Shown: piece after piece, positions 38,524-49,720 of the stretch | Layout of the letters: each line of letters starts with the position of its first letter | Numbering within the stretch: position 1 is the stretch's first letter | Assembly: GCA_964035545.1 (NCBI GenBank) | Contig: OZ037765.1 | Span: 1,860,001 to 1,924,000, forward strand | From: Bugula neritina | Lineage: Eukaryota > Animalia > Bryozoa | Length of the DNA: 64,000 nt | Direction of reading: 5' to 3' | Made by a program: the position numbers and the translations under genes | The notes under the pieces: generated by a model | Database searches by the model: none | The model's input: the letters and a program-made list of their open reading frames with translations, nothing else | What the model was told of the DNA's origin: nothing

Positions 38524-41500
38524 ATGAACTGTGCAAAGTATGACTTGAAGCCATTGGTTAGTAAATTATAAATTCTATTGTAAATATTAAGTAATTGTTT
38601 GTTATTTACAAGTACCAAAACATATACATTATATTTAAGAAACGGGAAATATTTTAGTACACTTTTATATGCTTGTGAGATTAGCAAAATTCGAGGTTTC
38701 AAAGTATGAGTTGTATTAATCAGTTGTATCTTTTTTGTGAAGTAAGTGATTCTTGATGATAAATATTAACGAGTCAATAGAAATTCATTTGTAAACACTA
38801 GCAGTTTTCCATGTTTAAAATATTGCTATAAAAATCAGTCAACAACTCGTTTAAATTATAAGCTTTTCGTTGAATGTAATTTGTAACTATTTTGATCATA
38901 AATAAAGTTTTTTACCTATCAAAAATGGACACAGGCTGTAAACTGTATGTAAACTGAAAGTGCTTTTATATTTTATAATTTTTAGAACATATAATGAGTG
39001 AAATAATGATGGAATTTATTATTTATATTAGTATAGTCATCCAAGGTTTTAGCAGTTGCTGGTTTTTCACTTTGACTGTTGTTAATATAGGAGCTGGAGG
39101 GGCATCAATTAGAAGAGGCTTTGAATGGTAAGTTACCATGTGGTTATTATTGTGAAAGGTTATTAATCATTTTTCATTCACATGATTTTTACCTCAACTC
39201 CAGTATCTTTTTATTACTAACTTTAGAAAGCATGTTTGTAAAATATGTATTGTATCTTTTCACTATAGCATAATATGCTTGTCTAAATTGATGCTGTTTA
39301 TATTTTACAGTCATATTCCACACCATACTCTTCCACAGATCTACAGGGAAGGTATAACAGCCCACCTTATTTCTGCTTCATGCAATATGGCTAAGTTTTT
39401 CAACTAGTTCAGTTCCAATTCAATATAAACTGGATTACATTTACTGAATTCACTTAGAAGGGAAAAGCTCTACTGAAACAGACTAGCTCTAACAGTTACA
39501 GTTTTTTTTCTAATATGGTTATATTGCTGTATTTATATTTATGTTACTGTATTTGAATTACTATATTTATAATTATATTGCTCTATCTACATTTAGTACA
39601 CCTTTAAATCCGAAGGGAGATATTCTATTGGAGCTATCGGCATGGAAGATGTAGATTGTGACCGAATCAACATGACTTACGTAGGTTTCTCACCTTATAC
39701 CTAATCAAAGTAATACCTTTAGTTTTCAGATATCTTAAATTTTTTTCTCCATGAAACTTAGATTTTGCATAATGTTTTGCACATATGGAATGCAGGCACA
39801 TTCATAATGTGAATTAATGAGGTCATATAATTAATTATATTTTATTGTGTCTAAATATAAACTGTTGATGCAGGTTCGAATCCCTTCAGAGGTGTTTATA
39901 GCTAAAGTTGGGAATGACTTGAGATCATTCTGTAGTGCCCTGAGAGAAAAGGAGATGGCTAATGTCACAGATAAGACAATTACCGGTCAGGTGAGATTAA
40001 TTACCGGTCAGGTCAGTAATTACTAGTCCTGGATAATCTTGGCCGTCGTAATTTCTGCTTTACATGCATTTTGTCTCTAAAACTTTGTGTCTATTTTATT
40101 TGTAATACAAAATTAAATTACACAAGTAAGATGAAAATAGTTAAACTTGCTAACATTTTAGTAGAACGAACATTTTGGGGCATATCTTCTATAAACTTAC
40201 TAATATTTACTAGTATTATATTGACCTTTATTGATAATATACAATACTCTTAGTTATATATAGTGCGTATGGTTGTATTACAGTGCTATTATAGAAACGA
40301 TGATTTTATATACACTGTTATATTGTATTGTAGATCAACTTACAGTTTTACGTGAAAAGCAAAGTCAACTGGCCTCGCACTCCAGAAGTTATTCCGTGGG
40401 AAGACTGGGCAGTCACAGTCAATCTCGTTTCTTTAGCCAATGAAAATGGTAAATAGTTATAGCAGATAATGGCTATCCTTTAGCCACTGTTACATTACTC
40501 TGTTTAGTATAAGGTCAGTTCTGAGTACAACTGGCGTTTTAATTTATTGGTGCTTATTATAAAGTAAGTAACTTTTGAGAGTTGCTTTTTTTAAAGACAA
40601 AATGTTCACAAATAAAAATAACTTTATATCTAGCAAAAAACAGGACATGCACATTTCTAATTTGTACTCGCGCTGAATCTAACCGAAATATGCTCGAACT
40701 CTGCTGTCATTAAATGTAATTTGAAGGAAACTTTGCTGCTCACCAATGATGGTGCAGAACCATCACTGGAATAAATCAATTATATTTTCTCACATTTCTA
40801 CTTTTCAGCAGTCGTACAATCTTTTCACACGCTCTATAACAGGACAATATGTTAGCACAGGCTAGCGTTTGCTAATCAAGTTCTATATTTTAGGAGTTAT
40901 CTACTCACTCATCACCTTAGACTAGGGGCGTGTGATAATTACCTTGATGTCAATTGTAAAGTTTGATTTTTTGAAATACTATTATAGCTGTAAATTACCA
41001 ATGTCTTGTTACGTAGCTGCATAAGGCAAATACAAATACATAAATTTCATAATATTTTTAATTTTTTGTCCTGTGCGCATGTTTTTTTTAAAAATTACCA
41101 TTGAATATACTCAACAAAAAATGATATTACGATATTTGTTTATTTTCAATTTTCTGTGTGTATTAACCATTATTGTCAGCCACTAAACAAGGCAATAAAC
41201 TTTTCTCTAGCCATTGATGTTAAACTGCTGGATTTTATAGAACGTCAGAACTCTTCACAGAAACTGCGCCAAGACCTGTCTGAGATTATTAAACACATCA
41301 TCAGAGTGGTGAATGACAACGACCTGCATATGCCAAAGGAGCCGGGAGAGAAAGATCACGACTGTGTATACGATACCTCCATACCCGACATGCAGCCTTA
41401 CTTGTTTAGAGTAATTTCTACCTTCTTGGCTCTCTGCGCAGTTTTTGATCTGCAGTATTTCTCCTGTATTATTTATATACGCTCTGTGTCTTACTACAAT

Positions 41501-42061
41501 GTTGAAGCTTTACAACTGTAGAAACATGTAAAACTGTAGAAACGTGTACAGCTGTAGAAATGCATACAATAGCAGATACACGTGCAACTGCTAGCTAATA
41601 GGCATTGGAAAGTCCATTGTTAAACTAAGAACTTGTTGCGACTTCCTTAAGGTTGCTGTTTTGCTCCTAATGCTCACTATTTTCAAGTATTTGCATGGCG
41701 TCTAATCATATCAACTTCAAAGAGTCTGATGGTTTTCAGTTGAGAACATTTCTTAAGTTAGATTATATACTTTGCGCTGAAGAGACCCTTTTCACGTATC
41801 CCTGATCTTCAATTTATAATTAAGAGTTGTGCCCTCTTTGCATATACATCCTATTTATCATGTAGATATAATTTACACATAATTCTATTTGTAAGTATAG
41901 AAATTAAATATAGGTTCTGCACTGTATATTATCTATTTTAGACTGTGTTCTAATAATATATGTATCCCTTGCAGATTTTGCACTCCATAGACGGTGATGC
42001 TAATTATAATGAGGGGCTAATAGGAGCCACCGTAAAGAAACTATCTCAGGCTCTCACCTAA
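38524..42061 (+). CDS. ATG101: Autophagy-related protein 101 (HORMA domain), 8 coding exons
   Basis: Exons 38524-38556 (MNCAKYDLKPL), 39091- (ELEGHQLEEALN), 39311- (IFHTILFHRSTGK), 39597- (YTFKSEGRYSIGAIGMEDVDCD), 39874-39990, 40334-40448 (LQFY..IPWEDWAV), 41241-41410 (DTSIPDMQPYLFR), 41975-42061; colinear with metazoan ATG101 motifs HRSTGK, YSIG, DVDCD, IPWE, QPYL. Mostly missed by the ORF track. Confidence 0.93.
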
Positions 42062-43096
42062 TTCTGTGCCAACTTTACCTTATATTGCTGCTAGGTTAAT
42101 GTGATAAACATTGGGAGCTTATATGCAGCCCCTGTATGGAATTGACAAATTTAGTAAAACTCTGTGATTTGTTTTTCTCACAGCTTTATACTTTGTAATA
42201 ATTAGAGTCCAATATAATTATGTGATCTTTTGGAAATTCTAATGCCTTTTACAAGATTTTATAGTGTATATGCCTTACTGCTTTTTAAAATCACCTAAAT
42301 GTGTCAGGCTACACTTCATTAAAAATTCACTGTTAAAAGTAATATCTTTTGGATGAGTTTTATATGAAATAATGATACCGGTGATTACATACTGTTTCTT
42401 TGTGTTATTTATCCAGTACACATTTGTGTAGCAACATTGTATATAAATTCGTATTATGCTGCTAGCTGGTGATATTTATTCATTATGACATGTAATATAC
42501 ACAATAAAATGTTTAATTTTTGTCTATTAGCCATATTTTATTATTGCGTGAGCTTTAGTTTTGAGACTATGAAATTAGTTAGCTGCTGTAATACTGTATA
42601 ACTGCCAGTTATCAACTAAAATATTATATCATCTACATGATGGTGATGTGTATTACTGCAGCAGATAGGAACACTTGCGTGCTACGGCAATAGTTATAAG
42701 CAGCACCAAATTGGGGGTCATTGTACGCATGTTTGTATAGACATCGAACGAATTCCACGTGTTACAGGTTACAAGGTTGTTTGACCGGGTCATCAACACT
42801 GTACTGTAAAACCTGCCTAGAAACATACGAAGTATATGTTATATTGATCTATTACGCCGTGTATTTATAGACTAGAAAGTGGTTTATTCGGTTTCATACG
42901 GTATTTCCGACACATGGGTTGAGCAATGAGGAAAAAGCCATACCAATATGATGAATATACCACAAAAACAACTGTTGCAAGTTGGTAAAGTAATCATTAG
43001 TCTAATATTTATTGCTTCTAACTTCAGAAAATAAGTGAAATATATTAACTAGAACTTAGCATTGCTTATTTACACTTACAGGCACGCTAAGTGATT

Positions 43097-43700
43097 CTAC
43101 TAGTAATACTAATACTAATAGTAATAGTCACTAATACTAATAGTAATACTAATACTATTAGTATTACTATTAGTATTAGTAATAGTAATAGTAATACTAA
43201 TACTAATAGTAATACTAGTAATAGTAATACTAAGTCTAATACTTATACTAATAGTAATAGTATTACTGTAATAGTAATACAAATACTTTACTACTATTAC
43301 TATTAGTATTACTATTAGTATTACATTTACTAGTAATAGTTATAGTAATGCTAATACTAATACTAATAGTAAATCTCTAAAAGTAAATCAGTAAATCAAA
43401 ATGTAATACAGATAGTGATACTACTAGTAATACTAATAGTAATATTAATACTGTAATACTAATATAGTAATAATCAGTAATAATAATAATCATACTGTAA
43501 TAGTAATACTTATAGTTATAGTATTACTATTAGTTACTGTTATACTAAATCTTGTAGAGTTATACTAATACTAATAGTAATACTAATAGACTAATAGCAA
43601 TACCTATAGTTATACTTGTACTATTACTAATCCGTATACTTATAGTTATAGTTATACTAATAGTAATACTAATAGTTATAATAACATAATAATTATATAA
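43097..43700. repeat. (AATAGT/AATACT)n degenerate hexamer array
   Basis: Directly visible; lies just upstream of the TRIM first coding exon. Confidence 0.8.
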
Positions 43701-43756
43701 TATAATTATGCTATAATTGTATGTTTATATTTTTGCAGAGAGTTTCTCTATCTACA

Positions 43757-46700
43757 ATGGCGGAATCTCGAGTTGTGAAAAAGAGGCTAAACGACTCATA
43801 CAGATGTGGATACTGCAGACAACATTTTAATAGACTTGAAGATCCCAGGACCCTCCCCTGTCTGCATGTCTACTGTATGGGTTGTTTGGTTACAGATATT
43901 GGCTACAGGAAGACTCATATCAAGTGTGCATATTGTGGGTATGTTGCAGATACTGTAATGTGGAGTTTACCCAGTGGTCCCCGTGGTGTAATGGTAGCAC
44001 ACTTGCTTGCAAGCCCGAGGTCTCGGGTTCGAATCCCAGTGGGGGCAATTATTTTTCAGATACTAATCCAAAAGTACAGAAGCGCATGTGCTTTTACAAC
44101 TTCACATGTAGAGAGTGAATAAGCTGCAAGAATCTATGTGATAGTTTTTAAAATTGTTTGTAGTTTAGAAAAATAAGCTAATTTTTAGGCCAAGAGTTAA
44201 CCTTTTTACAAGAACATATTATTTACTATCTTTTAATGATTCTACTCAAAGTCTTTCATATGTCTACAAATTAAGTTATTTGAACTCATATTGTTTCTTG
44301 CCATATAAATTTCACTCATGCATAAGTCACATGAATAAGTTGACTCATGATGGGATTATATAACTCTATGTACCATATTATAGTTGTTGTATCTTGTGCA
44401 AACAAAATAATGTTTAGTGAACCTTATCAATGTACACTGAATCTTTTCGAAACACTTATTTATTGTTCATTCTCTTATTTACACCCAGAAGTGTTGCATG
44501 AATTGAAACATTTAAAATTTTAGTAAGGAGTTCCATGACACTACAGATCCAACAACTTTACCTGTAGCTAAGTTGGGTGATCCAATAGAATACAAAGCTC
44601 CACCTAAACCTCCTCTCATTTCTTGTGATGTGTGTGAAGGTCAAGCCAGAGCTGTTGTGTTCTGTGTGGAGATTCAGAGGAAACTGTGTACACAGCACCA
44701 GGAGGTGAGCTGGAATTTTTAACTGTCTTTGTTTTTACATTCTAGTAAATTTGTCAACATAGAAGGAAGATGGTGAGCTCTATAGTTATTTACAGAGTAG
44801 TGACTACGGTATTAGAATAGTGGCTGTGGCAGTCACTTCAAGTAATACAACTTTGCCGATTTTATTTGTGCAGGTTTTTGTTTAAAGAGATCAGTTTGTT
44901 GTCAATAGTGCCTAAGCTTTCACAATGTAGGCTCCTTTATCATCACATAAAATTAGTTGAGAGTTTGATTTTCATTCATGAACTATATACATACATACCA
45001 TAGCAGTGAAATATATATTATAATATTATATTATATTATATATATTCTGGTTTTTGGAGATTCAAAGTTTACTTTTTTCAAATGAAGTCAAATTTCTTGG
45101 TTAATATATAATAGATAAAACTGTATAGTTTATTTTACTTTTAGAAACATGAGGAGCACATGTCTACCTACACAGACATGAGACATCAATTTATTCCCAT
45201 TGATGTCTACGTAGCATCTCCACAACGCTATACTACTACTAAATGTGAACATCATGAACATCATCCGCTGATAGAGGCGTGTTCTGAGTGTCACCAGAGA
45301 TTCTGTATTCGCTGTGATGGGAGAGGTCAATGTGAGAATGCAACAGGTATTTACTTGGGTCATATTCTTTCTCTAGATATCATGTATTTGAATGTCATTT
45401 AAAAGTATTTAGTACATTGATGATTTGGTCATATTGAAATAAAATGTAATTAAATGCCTGATTAACTTCGATGCGCCCCGTATATGGATGTCATCTACCA
45501 ACTCAAGTGTTGAATACTTCTTAGATAGGTCACTTATAATGAACCTAAGATTGTGGTTAGCACAGCCTGTGGGTAGACTCTATTCTTAAGTCTTGTTGGA
45601 ATTTGTTATAGAAATTAGTCTACCTTTAAATTATCGAGTCTTCTAGAGCTTTTATACCTAGTCTAGTTATTATAGAAGGAAATACAACTCCCCACAACAT
45701 AACGTCACTCTCTAAGTTATCGGCAGAGATGAGAAAAAGTCTGACTAACAAGATAGCGACTTTATCAGAGAAGATTTCAGTGTTGAGTGACATGTCAAAG
45801 GATGCCTGGAAAGAAGTGAGTGAAATTGAAGAGGATGCTAAGAAGATGATTGCCAGAGTAGATGATATAGCTAATGCTAAGGTACAGCACAACCTGAGCA
45901 CTTGGTAGTGTCTCACTCAGTCATGTGATATCACAGAGGATTTATTTTAATCTGCTACACAGCTAATTAATTCAGCATATATTAATCAGACGAATCAACA
46001 TAATCGAACTAGCAGTAATTTTTGTAACACCACCCTTTTTTCTGAAGTATGTAAAAATCAGACAATTAGATAGACAGACATAGCATTTCATGAGCTCTCC
46101 GTCGAGGCAGCAATAGATGACCTGCAGATATGCTGACGCAAGCATAGTTGTCAGAATATGTAATGAAAGTGCATGTGTGCTTAACATGTCTTTGTAAATC
46201 TTATTCATCTTGTAGTAACAATAAAGCCAGTTTTCAGTTCGAAGTAAGTTTCATTTGGTAAACTGCATTTCAATAAAAAGATCATCAAAGTTGCATGTAT
46301 GTGCAGTGAGTGAGTGAGTCAGTGAGTGAGTCAGTGAGTGAGTCAGTGAGTTATTTGGAAGGAGGATATTGAGAGGCACAGCTGTGGTAACTATTTACAG
46401 ATAGAAGAAATCAAATCTCACTCACAGAAGCTGAAAGAAGAGATACGTGAGTACATGAGAAAGAGTGGTAAGTTAGTAGATGAGTACAGAATAGACTTAG
46501 CTTGGAACAAGACATTAGACAAAGTGACTTTGTTAGATTCTGCACAGCATATGGTTGACGAATTCAATGATGTAGAGATTGTCAAGACTTACAAAAAGAC
46601 AAGCGAAGACATGGTGGCTGCATCAGACATCAGTATGATTGAGAGTTGCTCAATCCCTCACAAGCTTCTAGTTCCTACTAGTGAGTATCACATGTTTTAG

Positions 46701-48353
46701 GTCAAAGTAAACTTCATATTGAGAATTGCTATCTCGTGAAACAGTTTCCAAAACATTTATTACTATGATGTGTGTCTAAAAGAAGATAGCTGGAAGACAA
46801 CATATATTCGTCTCATTTTGACTCACTGATTCGCTTACTAGTGCTACAAGCATTGCAACCCTCATATGAAATGAATAATAATCCATAACGTCATGCAGCA
46901 TAAAATGAATGTTTTATGAATGAATAACTTAAACATGCAGCTGGTATTGTTTAGCATAAACTATCAGCCATGAAGTATGCTGGTTGGAACATTACAAAGT
47001 GGGATACCATACTTGTATGTGATAGCATTTAACTTGAGTAGCTGTTTGTACTGGCTGTGTGTATCTTTATAACATGGTCACAAGCCTTGCTTCAACTCAT
47101 ATAACTTTAGATTTGTGCGTATCAAGTGTATGTTGGCTGTGTGTTGTGAATAGAATGGATAGAACTGTTCACTTTTCTCGTAGGCAGACAAGACAGTCTG
47201 GGACTGGAGTTGCTGCTACCAGTACGCCTGCAAGTTGATGGACTTCCTGTAGGTAGAGGATGTTGGAGGGTTAACATGGCGGCTGATGGGCATCTCATGT
47301 GTGAAACACATAACGGTGTCGAAGTAAAAAATACAGAAGGTTTGAATACTATCAGAACACTGAAGGACACTAAAACTACAACGTGGGGGGAGATAATCCA
47401 ACCTAAAGATGTGATGGTAGCATTTTGCTACAAGCAGAATGAGAAAGTAATAGAAGTTGTCCTTCTTGACCCAAGCACTCTACAAAAGGTGCGCTCCCTC
47501 TACTCCCAACCAGTGAAGTCATTCGTTGTCTACCGGATAGCTCAGCATGGGTCTCTAGTTTATATTGTAGACAATACAGCTAAGCAGCTGGTGGTCTGCT
47601 CTTTATTAGATGGCAAAATACGAAATATACCTATTGCTGGGGTTAGGTTTCCGTTCTGCGTGTGTATCCTTCCAGATTCCAGCATACTAATAGGGGACAG
47701 AAGCGCGCGTGGTAAAGTGACTAGATATATATTAGAGGATTCAACGCTCACTGAACTGTGGAGAATATCGCATATCTCACATCCCTCTGGTATATCCTAT
47801 GACCCTCTAACTGAGCGGATTTATATCTCTACTTGGAGAGGACCCCTCATGATTGTTTCTACTGATGGTAAAAGAATACTACAGTCATTTTATTCAGTTT
47901 TGTTATTTTGTAATTTTATGCAGATGACATCTATTTGATAGTAGAGAAATCTGCTGCATATATATGATATAATGAACAGATGGTAACTGTTGGGTGTGGC
48001 AAAGTGTTCAACCCACGCCTCTGGAGCCATTTCTGGTCTGAACAATATTTGTAGGCTGCTTGTGTTACCTAGCACACTCAATCTAAACACACCCTTATAG
48101 TTGAAACAAAACTATAAATGATTATTATTCGGAGTAACTGTTTATTAAGCTGTAATATTTCTCATCAATTGAGAGCAAATTGCAACTTTTTAATGTGTTT
48201 TTAAAAACAGGTAAACTGATACAAGATATTCCGCGTGAAGAGCTAGGTGTGAAAGAAAAAGTTCGGGATTTGGTTGTGTATAGAGGCAAAGTGTTTCTAG
48301 GATGTGAAGAACATGGCTTGCGGAGATACTCAATAAAATACGGAACTGTTTAA
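43757..48353 (+). CDS. TRIM-family E3 ligase: RING, two B-box-like regions, coiled coil, divergent NHL-like beta-propeller
   Basis: Exons 43757-43938 (CGYC..DPRTLPCLHVYCMGC..CAYC), 44524-44704 (CDVC..FC..LCTQH), 45144-45346 (CEHH..CSEC..CIRC), 45676-45881, 46401-46680 (heptad-rich), 47184-47867 (PFCVCILPDSSILIGD, PSGISYDPLTERIYIST), 48211-48353; phases consistent. Confidence 0.85.
43953..44059 (+). mobile_element. 107-bp tRNA-like dispersed element, copy 1 (TRIM intron)
   Basis: A box TGGTGTAATGG, B box GGTTCGAATCC; near-identical copy at 58137-58243; flanked by ATA...ATA. Confidence 0.8.
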
Positions 48354-49093
48354 CAACTTGTTGTCGAACTTTCATATAAGCTGAACATTCACTTTTGCTG
48401 GTTGCATAATATTTTCTCATTTCATTATGTTATGACTTCCTCAAGATTATTACATATATGTATCTACAATTCATTGGTAATTATCAATTATTGTAGTCTA
48501 ACTTATTGTCGGTAATGCTATATTTCAGCTTTCTTTTTTTAATTCTGTTAATTTTAGATTTTCTGTTTTATATTTTTTCTTATAAATAAAAGGTTAATAA
48601 ATACTGTAGAATGGCGAAATTTTTACGTTTAATAAATTACAAAGTCCATCATTTTTGTGATACCTATTTGTAAAATTCTACCAATTCAGCTCTGAGTAAT
48701 TTGAGTAAGACATTCCGGCATTTTTCATGTCTCATAAGAAAGTAACTAACAACTGCAGTATGTAAACAGATTCGCAATTAATTTATGCTTGGTTATATTA
48801 CGTGGCCTGCTGCAGACTTCAGTAAATTACTTTTTATAAGACAACTCCAATGTGATTTGCACATAATTCATCATAATTATTATGTTATGAAGATAACAGT
48901 ATTTATTTCAAGTTGTACGTCACTTTGAGTTGTCACCTAAACTTCGTTGGTGTACACAAGTTGAAGCACTACAAATTCACTTTTCTGCCGCATTTACTAA
49001 TTTCATATAAGCGTGTAAAACGCCTATTATAACCAATAAACAAGCAATATCAAATGAACAACCAATTAAAAGGTTTGTTGTGCCGCCATACTT

Positions 49094-49108
49094 GTTGTCA
49101 TTAGTAAC
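49094..49108 (+). promoter_or_regulatory. Putative RFX X-box upstream of RSPH14
   Basis: GTTGTC-ATT-AGTAAC fits the X-box consensus; CCAAT boxes near 49033 and 49062; probable 5' UTR exon ending at the donor at 49239. Confidence 0.55.
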
Positions 49109-49720
49109 AACGTGGATGGGATTGCAAATCTCGCGTAGTAGTATAGCATCGATATCATACTAGTCACTGTGTTATTGTTAATAGTACACTGATACTCAAA
49201 CTCACTCAGAGGAATCTATTAAAGCAAACAGAAGAAAGGTAAAATGTAGTGCAACATAATGAGACAACTGCAATACGATGTACAATTGACTAATATCTGC
49301 TAGATTTTTGCTTTGCCTAGGGCTTTCAGTTTTAATTTTTTTAGTCTATTAAATTTAATGTAGATTTAGTATTACTTTTACATTTATTATTAGTATTACT
49401 CAGTTTGCTTTACCAAATAATTTTTTAAATAGACTTGTAATTATCTGTAAATTCAGAATGAAAGTAAACTTTACTTGTAAAAAACTTTCCAACTTCAAGT
49501 ATTGTAAAATGTATTATAAATCTATACAGTATACTCTATAGCTTATACTTTATAAAAACTAAAATATACAATCCAAAGTTTCAAGTGTACAGTTATTTAT
49601 GATTACTTCCTTGATGTAATGAAATAGGTTTAAATTAAGTCATTTTACATGCTTGTATTTAAATGCATTAATTACTGCGACTGAAATTTTGCAGTTGCTT
49701 TTCTTACAGGTTAATAAATC

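Noticed and set aside
38925-38944. Alternative first ATG101 exon (MDTGCK)
   Set aside because: Its phase gives a stop in the next exon; 38524-38556 fits the phase and the conserved MNC start.
43976-44047. Functional tRNA gene
   Set aside because: 6-nt anticodon loop, mispaired anticodon and T stems, and shared flanks with a second copy; treated as a mobile element.
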